64,000 bases of DNA from a virus (IMGVR_UViG_3300003316_000399:1-64000); one strand, 5' to 3'; shown: positions 26,351 through 36,108, counted from the first letter of the stretch. Program-made: numbers and translations. Notes: generated from the letters alone by a model not told the origin.

Positions 26351-27437
26351 TTAATTCTCTTTCAACATGACACAACCAATTTCTTATAATTTCACAAAAC
26401 TGAGTTTTAAACAAACTGTTGCTAGTTGCAATAAAATAGTCAACACACCGCGTGTGGTCTTGCACGATTCCAATATTCAAAATCTCTTGGACAAAAGATT
26501 TAAAATCCTCCATTCCTGAAGATTTAGCACGATACATAATATTGTATACAAATTCTAAGAGCTGCTCGACAAGATTCATAAAAACTTTACTACGCATTGC
26601 ATATGTGATGCGCGAATCGATGCTCAAAAGCGGAATCTCGGAACGGAGTCCATCCATGATCCCATGTTCAGCTAGAATTAAAGTTGCATCCATTGAATGC
26701 CATTCTTCTTCCCATACACTCCAATAATACTGAAAATAAGGACTTGATGAGAGATAATTAAAATAATTCAAATCAGTGTTAATACTGCCCAATACATTAA
26801 ACCAATCATTATTTGAACACACAATATTTATAAGAGCGCGATATGCTGGCACAATCCACCAATACGCCTTTATAGCATTATCAAATGATGCATAAATAGA
26901 TATATTATATCGATCACCGGAGATCTTAAACAAGGATTCATTAACATCTTTGTGCATATGTCCAGTGATTGAGTAAATATTGTCAATGCGGCTTTTGAAC
27001 AACGAGAAACTGTGTTGTAAGAACGCATTGAATACTTCGGGCGGCAAAATGTGAGTTACTTCAAAAGATATATCAAACACCACATCTCCTATATCCGCAG
27101 GGCTATAGGAACGGTAATTATGATTCTCGGCAGAAAACATTCTGAATAATTGCTTGGTATCATTATGATTAACTACAGAATCAGCCACCTGCAAAGCAAA
27201 ACCCGTAAGGCTTAAACCATCATTACTGTAATGACTTAAAAAATTCAGATCATAAGCAGTATCAAGTTTATACGTAATATTATTGAGAAAATTATCAGCT
27301 GTATAAACTGAAGATTTCGCGCCATCCTGTAAATCGCTGTCGATCGCGCGTAGAGCAAGCTCACGACAGCTGAGGTTATCTCTCTGAAAAATACATTTTC
27401 CGAATGTGTTTTTAATAGAGAGTGAATAGTTTACCAT
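26331..27437 (-). CDS. uncharacterised protein of the amidoligase operon (CRE motif)
   Basis: 368-aa ORF overlapping the ATP-grasp start; DNLSCREL. Confidence 0.75.
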   Translation of the reverse strand: MVNYSLSIKNTFGKCIFQRDNLSCRELALRAIDSDLQDGAKSSVYTADNFLNNITYKLDTAYDLNFLSHYSNDGLSLTGFALQVADSVVNHNDTKQLFRMFSAENHNYRSYSPADIGDVVFDISFEVTHILPPEVFNAFLQHSFSLFKSRIDNIYSITGHMHKDVNESLFKISGDRYNISIYASFDNAIKAYWWIVPAYRALINIVCSNNDWFNVLGSINTDLNYFNYLSSSPYFQYYWSVWEEEWHSMDATLILAEHGIMDGLRSEIPLLSIDSRITYAMRSKVFMNLVEQLLEFVYNIMYRAKSSGMEDFKSFVQEILNIGIVQDHTRCVDYFIATSNSLFKTQFCEIIRNWLCHVERELNVPTIQ

Positions 27438-27465
27438 CGATCGGCTCCCTCTCGTCTATTTCGAT

Positions 27466-28356
27466 CTACAGATAGAGACCCGCGCGCATCAAAGGTTTTA
27501 TCTCCGTATCATATTCAGAGAAATAGCTATCCCAATAATCCATTTCATCAAATACATAGAACCATCTTTTCATAAAAGGACGATCGCTGAGCCACAAACC
27601 CATAGACCCATCTCCGTACATATATAACATTGGATCGATGTTTGTGTCTAGCCCAGAGGACCACCGAGCTAATCTCGCGGTCCATGCAGTGACGTGCCGT
27701 TCTGCATCACATGGTAGATACCACAATGATCCGGTTTGTGTATAACTTTTCATCAATTCCAAGATATTTGTGAGCGGCGGGGAATTAGAGCTTGATATTG
27801 AATTACTGTAATCTGCCAGACGCACGTACAAAATTGACCACAACGCACAATCATAAGCATCGATACCGCTGAAACGAAATTGATAAATGTTGGAGTTTGG
27901 ATTAGAGTTTGGGCTAAAAATATCATCACTACCAGTGTTCTCTACAGAAACAGAGGATTTAAAATAACTGTTTACAAAATGTGGTAGATTATCATTTGCT
28001 ACTGTGTTACTAACAGCGCTGGTAAATTTTACAGTAAAATCATATGTATAAAATTTCTTCATCACATAATACATCAATAACATATCCGACATTGTAATGG
28101 AAGTACTATTAGTATACGCGTAATAATAGTCATAAGCGTCTTGGTTTACAAGATCAGCCTTAAGCCTGTCCACAGCCTTTTTCAACTCTGGACTCTGTTT
28201 AATCGCAAACTGAGTTGCGCAGAACAACCTATTAATACCTGCAATATTTTGCGACATTACTTCTCGACATACAAGATCAGAAAAATGAAACGACTGGCAG
28301 ATTGATCCATTCTGCATATCAATCAAACGAATGGTAGCAGAAAAATTCCTTGGCAT
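27466..28356 (-). CDS. uncharacterised protein of the amidoligase operon (CRE motif)
   Basis: 296-aa first gene of the operon; SDLVCREV; GGAGG RBS. Confidence 0.75.
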   Translation of the reverse strand: MPRNFSATIRLIDMQNGSICQSFHFSDLVCREVMSQNIAGINRLFCATQFAIKQSPELKKAVDRLKADLVNQDAYDYYYAYTNSTSITMSDMLLMYYVMKKFYTYDFTVKFTSAVSNTVANDNLPHFVNSYFKSSVSVENTGSDDIFSPNSNPNSNIYQFRFSGIDAYDCALWSILYVRLADYSNSISSSNSPPLTNILELMKSYTQTGSLWYLPCDAERHVTAWTARLARWSSGLDTNIDPMLYMYGDGSMGLWLSDRPFMKRWFYVFDEMDYWDSYFSEYDTEIKPLMRAGLYL

Positions 28357-28400
28357 TTCTAGCCTCCTCTGTACGACCCGCCGTTCGTAAACATACGTGT

Positions 28401-28445
28401 ATTATACATCAGACACATATATAATGCAAACTATATGCAAACTAT
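28401..28445 (-). promoter_or_regulatory. sigma70-type promoter with duplicated -35 (11-bp repeat)
   Basis: TTGCAT-17nt-TATAAT; plus-strand ATGCAAACTAT occurs twice, at 28424-28434 and 28435-28445. Confidence 0.8.
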
Positions 28446-28462
28446 GAAATAGCCACTGTGAC

Positions 28463-28507
28463 AAAAAGAAAACCTTCAGATAAAGAATTACATCTGAAGG
28501 TTTTCTT
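28463..28507 (-). terminator. intrinsic terminator
   Basis: 16-bp inverted repeat AAGAAAACCTTCAGAT/ATCTGAAGGTTTTCTT ending in a T run. Confidence 0.8.
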
Positions 28508-28528
28508 CTGCGCAAAGCAGAAATAAGA

Positions 28529-29491
28529 TTAAAATATATTAGTTTTATATGACCATTGAGACATTGGATAAGAAATATATTCTGCAGAAATAGAGATAAT
28601 ATTTTTATCCGCAAACGCAACGCGGCAGATCCAGCCGCCGAGATCGCATACTAATCTCTTCTTACGCATAAACGGTGTCTGCTCTTGTGTTGTTGCTGTC
28701 TGTATCAGCCAAACACCACGATAGTTTGGCACAAACGATGCTTTGTGATAATGACCATATGCAAGAATCTGAGGCAATTCCTCAGATCGATAACCATCAA
28801 TGATCTTCTGCCCTGTATACGATAATGAATAAGCAGAACCTCCTCCGGGATGGAGTACACGAAGTATACCAGCTCGATTTTCCCGATCGATGTACACATC
28901 GCGTTCCATGTACCCAAGATATACTAAGTCATTTCTCCCCTCGCGAATGGCTTTTGATTCAACATATTCACCAATGACGATGCCTTCTCGCTGAGTGTAC
29001 CACCCCTCATGATCGTCACCATCAATATAATATGTTGTAATTCCTTCGCGCTGAGGGTATGTGCGAACGAAATAGGCAGCCTGATTATCAAGACCATGTA
29101 CGTGAACATCGTGCATATTATATTTACTCTCACCATCAATATAATTACCAGTGTGAAACACTGAACACACGCCTGCTCGGGAGAAACGATCATATAGATC
29201 ATTTAACATATCAATTCGCTCATAGTTAGAGCAAAGATGAGTATCACCGAGCAAGCCAATAACCACTTCGCGTTCTACTGAGGGGGTGTTATTTATTTCG
29301 ACAGCATTTCTTCCGATTTGTCTCCGATATCGACGAACGGCGGACCGTAATTGCTCACTGGAAATAGAGGTTTTCCAATGTGATGATAATTCTTGTGCAG
29401 ACCGAGACCATGCTCCTGCATCATCAATAGCGCGTTGATCATCGTAAACTGAAATTGCATATTCTATTTTGTTTTTATCCCACACAATCAT
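28529..29491 (-). CDS. calcineurin-like metallophosphoesterase with N-terminal helical/HTH-like region
   Basis: GDTH, HTGNYIDG, GDDHE, LHPGGG and GHYH motifs. Confidence 0.85.
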   Translation of the reverse strand: MIVWDKNKIEYAISVYDDQRAIDDAGAWSRSAQELSSHWKTSISSEQLRSAVRRYRRQIGRNAVEINNTPSVEREVVIGLLGDTHLCSNYERIDMLNDLYDRFSRAGVCSVFHTGNYIDGESKYNMHDVHVHGLDNQAAYFVRTYPQREGITTYYIDGDDHEGWYTQREGIVIGEYVESKAIREGRNDLVYLGYMERDVYIDRENRAGILRVLHPGGGSAYSLSYTGQKIIDGYRSEELPQILAYGHYHKASFVPNYRGVWLIQTATTQEQTPFMRKKRLVCDLGGWICRVAFADKNIISISAEYISYPMSQWSYKTNIF

Positions 29492-29512
29492 GTGTAAACT
29501 CCTTATATGTTG

Positions 29513-30004
29513 TTACGGTTGTAAACTAACAATTTTTCCATCTTTTATACGAATAAAATAAATAGATTTGTTTTTCAGGCTGCGTGCGTAATTGATACAG
29601 TTTGCAGTTCCTCCACTTGTGCCATCCCAAACCGCGACTAGCATATCAGCATGATCAACCATAAATTTATTACGAATCTGCATCTTTTCTGCTGAATAAC
29701 CTCCATCACTCACTACAATAACTGAAGATGCTTCTTTCAAAAGATCTCTATAATGATTTTGACTCTGTGCAGGCCATCGGCTTTCCTGACCAACAAAAGG
29801 AATGGCTGCGATATATGGAATTTTACACTCAAGACATATCTCTGCAGCAATGGTATCAACACCTAATGCCATTCCGGTGATAATATAATCTGGTTTATAG
29901 GTTAAAAATATATTTTTAATCACAGCGCGTAGAGAGGTTATTAGTAATGTTTCTCCGTAACCACCTAATTTATTCGGCCTGTGTCCGGTAAATGCAATAA
30001 TCAT
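29513..30004 (-). CDS. SLOG/YspA (DUF1273) family protein
   Basis: AFTGHRP, TGMALGVD, RNKFMVD and WDGTSGGTANC. Confidence 0.9.
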   Translation of the reverse strand: MIIAFTGHRPNKLGGYGETLLITSLRAVIKNIFLTYKPDYIITGMALGVDTIAAEICLECKIPYIAAIPFVGQESRWPAQSQNHYRDLLKEASSVIVVSDGGYSAEKMQIRNKFMVDHADMLVAVWDGTSGGTANCINYARSLKNKSIYFIRIKDGKIVSLQP

Positions 30005-30609
30005 AAAATTCCAGCTTCTTCCACAAGCTTAATGATAATAAGCTCATTAAATCTCTCAATAAAGTTTAGCATAGCTACGTCGGGTGACCATCCCATGATT
30101 TCAACATCTGGCAATGGTGTTAACTTATCCATATTATGCCAAATGAATTTTGGCTCATGCATCACAACACAGCGCTCATTAAGTAAAATTCTGTTATCAA
30201 TCTCATGAACCTCTCTCGGTATAGGATAATCTAGATTATAACGCCGTGCAATGGTTCGCAATATCGCCTCATCGGCCTCTTTATATCTTTTATAAAAATC
30301 ACCCATTGCTATTTTAACAGGTCTTGGAAGATCTACAAGTCCTAAACCTTCTGGTGCATCGTGCAGTAAACCCCACAATGCATTTTCAGGAGAACAAGAT
30401 AATGATACGTGGTAACAATGCTCGGCCACACTGTAAAAGCGACGCGTGTGACCTCCGTATCGACACAAATTACTAAGCGCGTGAGCAATGTCTACAATAC
30501 TGAAACTTCCATTTTCTGGATTAAGCGGCCAAAACGGCTTACCAGAAAATAATTGGATAGCGTTCTCCGTGTTCAATTGAAATATCTCCTCAATGTTATG
30601 CCGTTCCAT
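30001..30609 (-). CDS. HD-domain phosphohydrolase (5'-deoxynucleotidase YfbR-like)
   Basis: DIAHALSNLCRYGGH, YSVAEH, LLHDAPE and DLPRPVK. Confidence 0.88.
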   Translation of the reverse strand: MERHNIEEIFQLNTENAIQLFSGKPFWPLNPENGSFSIVDIAHALSNLCRYGGHTRRFYSVAEHCYHVSLSCSPENALWGLLHDAPEGLGLVDLPRPVKIAMGDFYKRYKEADEAILRTIARRYNLDYPIPREVHEIDNRILLNERCVVMHEPKFIWHNMDKLTPLPDVEIMGWSPDVAMLNFIERFNELIIIKLVEEAGIL

Positions 30610-30628
30610 TTTTCGTTATTCAATTTTG

Positions 30629-31000
30629 CTATTCAAAAATTCTTCCATATCGAATTATTCTTCTCTGATACGCGCGGGCATTCGCTATGTATTTTGGATA
30701 TTTTTTAAAGGCTGAATTTAGAAATTGTTCATCTTTATAGCCAGATTTATCCTCTATTAACCCCAACGCCGCGATGAGTAATTCTTTCGCAGCGGGGAAT
30801 CTTAAATTCAGTTCGTTAACCGAATAACCACTATAATAATACCACAAACATAATATTTGGTCAAATGTTAGTTGCCCAGATCGGTACAATGCTGTTATTG
30901 TACCTATTAAATCAACACGGGTGTGTATATCACATTTTTCGTCAAAAACATCATGTAACAATTCCTTTATATATCCAGCCATTTTATTATTATCCCTCAA
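30629..31000 (-). CDS. hypothetical protein, possible sigma-region-4-like HTH
   Basis: LTFDQILCLWYYYSGYSVNEL resembles a sigma4 helix-turn-helix. Confidence 0.4.
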   Translation of the reverse strand: MRDNNKMAGYIKELLHDVFDEKCDIHTRVDLIGTITALYRSGQLTFDQILCLWYYYSGYSVNELNLRFPAAKELLIAALGLIEDKSGYKDEQFLNSAFKKYPKYIANARAYQRRIIRYGRIFE

Positions 31001-31002
31001 TA

Positions 31003-31710
31003 CTAATCAGAGCGTCCCAGACATGGCTCTCTGTATGAACAATAGGAACAGACCATACCAATATTTTTATCATAAATACCTGTTATTTCCGCGTCGAGTA
31101 TTCGTTCCACTAGCCGTGTTACATTATCAATTTTTTCTTCAGATATAACATCAGCAAAAATATCTTTTGATGTTCGTAAATGATGCCAATAAACCACTTC
31201 TGGATCATAGCCCATTAATTGTTTAAACGCCTGCGCATATACAATAAACTGCGGATCGTTGTTTAGAACACCCTGTTTCGGCTGAAATTTACCCGTCTTT
31301 AAATCAATAAAACCATTCTCGTATACCTGATCGATAAATCCACGTATTTGACACAGCGCATTATTTGGGCTAGGGAATGGAATAATAAATTCTAGCTCAT
31401 TCTCAACCGGCCTACGTTTTTCATAATCATAACCCGTTACCATTTTAATACCACATCCATACTCCCGCGTATCGGGCAATAAATTATTCTCCTCATGTTC
31501 CTTATTCCAGGTATCGATAAACACATCAAGAGGGTTAGCATCCTCTTTGTAGTACTTTTCAATCGATCGATGTACTGCAGTTCCTAAAATAAGTGCTGTG
31601 GTTTTCGGTGATTCTCGTTTATCCACATACGAATAATAGAACTGTTTTGGACATGCTGAAAATACTTTAATCTTACTCGCGGAGAGAGTTATCAATGACG
31701 ACTCGCTCAT
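31003..31710 (-). CDS. PD-(D/E)XK exonuclease (Cas4/RecB-like)
   Basis: LSASKI...CP, GTAVH, E, GFID, IDLKTG, Q..VY and C-terminal CSYCSYREPC. Confidence 0.88.
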   Translation of the reverse strand: MSESSLITLSASKIKVFSACPKQFYYSYVDKRESPKTTALILGTAVHRSIEKYYKEDANPLDVFIDTWNKEHEENNLLPDTREYGCGIKMVTGYDYEKRRPVENELEFIIPFPSPNNALCQIRGFIDQVYENGFIDLKTGKFQPKQGVLNNDPQFIVYAQAFKQLMGYDPEVVYWHHLRTSKDIFADVISEEKIDNVTRLVERILDAEITGIYDKNIGMVCSYCSYREPCLGRSD

Positions 31711-32044
31711 CTGTTACTAAACCTCCCACACTATCGTGACCATAACAATCTATTTTCTCATCAAAATTTGGTTTGCGAAAAGCTTTAAAATCATAACCTT
31801 TAATTATGCCTTTACCATGAAGATATTCAACTGCTTGCATAAATCCTTTAATGCGGTCTTGAATATGGTTGTGATAAAAATCTCCTTCCATCACAATTTC
31901 CCCATCTATTAAAAGTTCCACACGCACCGCGTCTTCACCGCACAGTGCATCTGGATAATAGCTGTTTACAATGATGTTCATAGTTATCTCTGTTGGTATG
32001 TGGCAGTGCGTGCCATGTCTTTCCAATAATCTAGAAACTTGCAC
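31673..32044 (-). CDS. hypothetical protein (probable start MNIIVN)
   Basis: ORF in operon. Confidence 0.5.
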   Translation of the reverse strand: MQVSRLLERHGTHCHIPTEITMNIIVNSYYPDALCGEDAVRVELLIDGEIVMEGDFYHNHIQDRIKGFMQAVEYLHGKGIIKGYDFKAFRKPNFDEKIDCYGHDSVGGLVTDERVVIDNSLRE

Positions 32045-32292
32045 TCCGCTTCTAAGATATTGTAATTACGTTGTGCATTGATTTCAGCATCAAATAACTG
32101 CTCTAGTTCTCTAGAGGATGTTTCATCATACCCAATAATACGCGACGCAGTGTCACGAGGCCGTTCTTTCTTAATTCGCTCCTGAACTCTTTGTAACTCA
32201 AGCTGAGCAATCTTGAGCTGGGTTTTAGCTTCGGCAAAAGCTAGAATTTTTTCACGCGCTTCGAGGGGGTCTGGTAATTCTAACCAATTCAT
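31984..32292 (-). CDS. helical protein, possible UvsY-like recombination mediator
   Basis: Coiled-coil character and position beside recA and the exonuclease; functional call is weak. Confidence 0.35.
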   Translation of the reverse strand: MNWLELPDPLEAREKILAFAEAKTQLKIAQLELQRVQERIKKERPRDTASRIIGYDETSSRELEQLFDAEINAQRNYNILEAECKFLDYWKDMARTATYQQR

Positions 32293-32310
32293 ATACTCTC
32301 CTCAAATTAA

Positions 32311-32568
32311 TTATCCATGACATCTCTGATTTACTTCTTCCTGAATTATATTTTCCATATTTAAGAATCGATTTAGCTCTTCTTCACTAAGAAATTTCAT
32401 AAAATTGTATTGGTCTCTGCTATAATCGAAATAATTATAACGTTGCGAAATATCATTTAAACTGTCCACACTTTCTTGTGCTTGTGAAAAAACTTGACGA
32501 AGGATGTATAAATCATTATTGGACAGATTCTTAACTAAATCAACAAAATTATCAGCAAGTACTGTCAT
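32311..32568 (-). CDS. hypothetical protein
   Basis: ORF overlapping the recA stop. Confidence 0.55.
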   Translation of the reverse strand: MTVLADNFVDLVKNLSNNDLYILRQVFSQAQESVDSLNDISQRYNYFDYSRDQYNFMKFLSEEELNRFLNMENIIQEEVNQRCHG

Positions 32569-33511
32569 TTTTAACTCTTTCTAGTACTAAACTGTAAATC
32601 TCCTCAATTGGAAAAATATTTCCAGCATTATCTACACCTTGCGCTTTGAGATCATTATAACGATACCATGATCCGCTTTTTGCAATGATATCATAACGCA
32701 ACGCCAGTGCTAGAATATCGGATTTGTGATCCACTCCAGTTCCGTAAGTAATAAAGAATTCCGCGCGATTGCGCGATGACCCGCCACTTTTATTCTTCCG
32801 CGTTGTGGCTTGAATTATTACTTTATCATCCTCTGTTTTGATTTTTACAGTGTCGATGCGATATGACGGGTAATACTCTACTGCGAATCCACCAGCTGGC
32901 TTTTTTGTTTCAGGAGATAATGTATTCATATTTGCGCGATACTGATTGATAAGAACTAAGAAACCATCATTATTGTCCAGAAATGGATTAATGTTGCGCA
33001 TCATGCGGCCAACGATATATGCAGTGGAAGCCATCTTCTGATTGTCAGAAAAACCCTTACCAAGTTCACTAGAGGGTACAGCAGCGGGAACACTATCAAT
33101 AATAATAAGTTTCCCCACCTCTTCAGCAATAAATGTCATTGCAATGTCAAAGCCCTGCTCTGTTGTGTCAGGTCGCGCGACGATTAAATTTTCCAGATTT
33201 ATTCCATTTATTGCTGCATATTCTGGTGTAAAAGTTCGCTCGAAGTCAACGTACAATTGATATTCATCTGGAGATAACGCTTGTCGCGCGCGTATGAAGT
33301 TAAGAGCAACAGTAGACTTACCAGATCCAGTATCACCAACAAGCTGTACAATTCTACCACTTGGTAATCCATCAATCTCTTCTAAAGCAATATCTAATGA
33401 CAATATACCGGTTGGAAAACGCGATCTTTCACGATCGCGGTAGCGAGGATGCGGCTTATCCGCCGCGTCTAGTACATCCTTGAATTTTTTAAGTAAAAGC
33501 TCTTTACTCAA
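32552..33511 (-). CDS. recA: RecA/UvsX recombinase
   Basis: PTGILSLDIAL, Walker A GDTGSGKST, IIIDSV, LINQYR and KSGSWY. Confidence 0.93.
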   Translation of the reverse strand: MSKELLLKKFKDVLDAADKPHPRYRDRERSRFPTGILSLDIALEEIDGLPSGRIVQLVGDTGSGKSTVALNFIRARQALSPDEYQLYVDFERTFTPEYAAINGINLENLIVARPDTTEQGFDIAMTFIAEEVGKLIIIDSVPAAVPSSELGKGFSDNQKMASTAYIVGRMMRNINPFLDNNDGFLVLINQYRANMNTLSPETKKPAGGFAVEYYPSYRIDTVKIKTEDDKVIIQATTRKNKSGGSSRNRAEFFITYGTGVDHKSDILALALRYDIIAKSGSWYRYNDLKAQGVDNAGNIFPIEEIYSLVLERVKNDSTC

Positions 33512-33827
33512 TGTAATCCCTCCGTGAAATATCGCAGAAAATAGATCTCGTATAAATCTTATTACTTTGCATTATATATGTCAGATCAAAACTAAGTGGC
33601 CCGGTGCGTATTAATTTTGTACAAATACATTTATCCTCTTTAGAAGGCGGTACAAAAAATAAACCTTTTTTAACATACGCGCGCACGAAACTCTTACACA
33701 TATCCTTTACTAATCTACGCGTTGCGTAATATAAAGAATCTCCCATATACATGAAGGCTATAGGCTCGGGTGTACAATGAGCTGCATTTGGCTCTTTAAT
33801 AATACGGAACTTATAAAATGCTCGCAT
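33504..33827 (-). CDS. hypothetical protein
   Basis: ORF in operon with RBS. Confidence 0.55.
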   Translation of the reverse strand: MRAFYKFRIIKEPNAAHCTPEPIAFMYMGDSLYYATRRLVKDMCKSFVRAYVKKGLFFVPPSKEDKCICTKLIRTGPLSFDLTYIMQSNKIYTRSIFCDISRRDYIE

Positions 33828-33836
33828 TTTTCTCCC

Positions 33837-34055
33837 CTATGCAAGATATTTTGATGAGTGAAATGTGCTAAATGTAACAAGGATATCATCACCCTCGTCG
33901 GATGATGTTGGAATTTGACACACAACGTTAATCATTGAACTGGGAGAAAATGGAAATCCTCCCATTTTACATTTGAGACCATACCATTCACAAATCTGTT
34001 TAATAAATAAATCTGCTTCCTCGACATTCTTCACAGTACGCGTGACAATTACCAT
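33837..34055 (-). CDS. hypothetical protein
   Basis: ORF with AAGGAG RBS downstream of a promoter. Confidence 0.55.
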   Translation of the reverse strand: MVIVTRTVKNVEEADLFIKQICEWYGLKCKMGGFPFSPSSMINVVCQIPTSSDEGDDILVTFSTFHSSKYLA

Positions 34056-34090
34056 ATATACTCCTTTTTATATCCCTTTATTTATATAAA

Positions 34091-34119
34091 ATTGTAACAT
34101 AATGCAGCTTATTTGTCAA
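34091..34119 (-). promoter_or_regulatory. sigma70-type promoter
   Basis: TTGACA-17nt-TACAAT with TG extended -10. Confidence 0.8.
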
Positions 34120-34128
34120 TACTCTGGC

Positions 34129-36096
34129 TTATTTGTCGTAACGCGTGCTGATTTTTGGAGAGGCTTTGATCATTCCAATAGGAAGATCTGGAAATAGTGT
34201 ATAACCAGCCTCTTCCATACCTTCACCGGTGATCTTTGCAGCCTCTTCCACATATTCGTCACGCGCTTCTACAATAATTTCATCATGCACAACTGCCACA
34301 ATGTGCGCATACCGACTGTCCAAGCGGCTGTCTACGATATATTCAGCAAGTTTCGTCATATCAGCTGAACTGCTCTGAATAGGCTGATTCTTACCCTCTC
34401 GCTGTGCAGCGAACAATCGTTTCTTACTCAAGCGAATATCTGGAGTCCATCTTCGTCTGCGACCTATAACGCTTTCAGTATAATATTGTGTAATGGCTTT
34501 ACGAGCATTAGAATCTAGAAACTGTCCTGTTTTTGGAAACAATCGTGTAAGCCAATCATTGACCCATCTATCTGCGTCATTCCGCGTGATTTGCATGCCA
34601 ACTGTATACAATGGAAGGGCACAAGTTTTGTATAAATTAAATCCAGTACTTCCATATACCACGCCGTAACTGACGCGCTTAAATTCGTTCCTAATAAGCT
34701 TACCGGGCATGATTTCCTTAGTCTCTTTATTAAGTAAATCACCAACTATATCAATAATTTTTTCCCGCTCTAAACTATTGCCCACAAAGCTGTGAATATC
34801 GCCATGCATGATTTGTTCACGAAGATTCTCATCTCCAGACCAAGCCGCAAGAATGACAAGCTCGATACCAGAATAATCCGAGATAATAAACTTGGAACCT
34901 TTCGGCGCCACAAACATTGAGCGAATATCATAGTTACCAAGTCCAAGATTTGTAAGCTTATCTTTATTTGGCATATTTTGAAAATTAGGATTTGAAGATG
35001 AGCGCCTACCCGTTGCTACTGCACCACATTGACTAAATCTCGGATGAATTTTTCCTGTCACTGGATTGATCTTTTCCAGAATACCGAGTAGATATGTACC
35101 ACGAATCTTATTCGCGGCTTTAAACACCGAGTAAAGTTTTAAGAACGGGTGCGCATAGCCGAGATGTAGCTCTTCGTCGCCCTCATTAAATTCATCCTCG
35201 ATGAACATATCATCTACAACTTTATCCTTATTGCTGAGTGCCCAATTTCCATCCCAACTCGTCAAATCTTTTTTGTCCAATGTTTCAACATCAATGCCCA
35301 TTCCATTAACAATGGACAGCATTTGTGGTTGACTGTTTGGGTTTACAGCAATAATACCATCTCGACAAAACAAAATTCCATCCGCCAATCCATTTCTAAT
35401 AACAGTATTTTGTATTGCTTGGAATGATCGATCGATAAGATTATTAATTGGAGGAATAGCAGATTCCATACGTTCGCGATCAACACAAATCCCATTATAT
35501 TCCATACGCGCGGTGATGGGAATGTTTCCGCATTCTAACTCAATTACACGTTCTTGTTTCTCCTGTTTAATTTCCTTCAACTGCTGTGAGTAAATCTCTT
35601 TAAGAACCTCTGTATCTCGCGATGCGTAGACAAGCATGTCTTCTGAAAGCTTCTCCCCGGAGATAAATTTATCACGCACGGTTTTATCCAGCTCGACGCC
35701 TATACGGCGGTACGTTACGTCGGCAAGGCTAAAGCCATAATCACTGATACCGGCTTTCAACACCTGTTCAGCTATCATCGTACAATAAACTCGCGGCATT
35801 GCTACACCGAGGTGATGATATACTTGCTGCCAATCAAATGTCATGTTATGTGCAACAATTGGCCCTTCGTCTTTAGTACGAATCAACCTCTCAGCTAACA
35901 CTTGTAATTGCGCGCGATTGAATTTGCTACAATCAACAATATATGAGGTATCATCAAAATATAGTTGTAGTAATGTTAATGTATTTGTGTAGGGATCAAG
36001 ACCTGTTGTCTCAGTATCAAAAAATACAGGACCTCCGTAAAAGAATAAATGATCAGCACAATCGTATAACTTATTTATATCGTCAATCAAAATCAT
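34129..36096 (-). CDS. polA: DNA polymerase family A with 3'-5' exonuclease
   Basis: DTET and HNMTFD exonuclease motifs; TGRRSSSNPNFQN, DYSGIEL, KRVSYGVVYG, NQPIQ and VHDE. Confidence 0.96.
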   Translation of the reverse strand: MILIDDINKLYDCADHLFFYGGPVFFDTETTGLDPYTNTLTLLQLYFDDTSYIVDCSKFNRAQLQVLAERLIRTKDEGPIVAHNMTFDWQQVYHHLGVAMPRVYCTMIAEQVLKAGISDYGFSLADVTYRRIGVELDKTVRDKFISGEKLSEDMLVYASRDTEVLKEIYSQQLKEIKQEKQERVIELECGNIPITARMEYNGICVDRERMESAIPPINNLIDRSFQAIQNTVIRNGLADGILFCRDGIIAVNPNSQPQMLSIVNGMGIDVETLDKKDLTSWDGNWALSNKDKVVDDMFIEDEFNEGDEELHLGYAHPFLKLYSVFKAANKIRGTYLLGILEKINPVTGKIHPRFSQCGAVATGRRSSSNPNFQNMPNKDKLTNLGLGNYDIRSMFVAPKGSKFIISDYSGIELVILAAWSGDENLREQIMHGDIHSFVGNSLEREKIIDIVGDLLNKETKEIMPGKLIRNEFKRVSYGVVYGSTGFNLYKTCALPLYTVGMQITRNDADRWVNDWLTRLFPKTGQFLDSNARKAITQYYTESVIGRRRRWTPDIRLSKKRLFAAQREGKNQPIQSSSADMTKLAEYIVDSRLDSRYAHIVAVVHDEIIVEARDEYVEEAAKITGEGMEEAGYTLFPDLPIGMIKASPKISTRYDK

Positions 36097-36108
36097 CTTT
36101 CGATCCTT

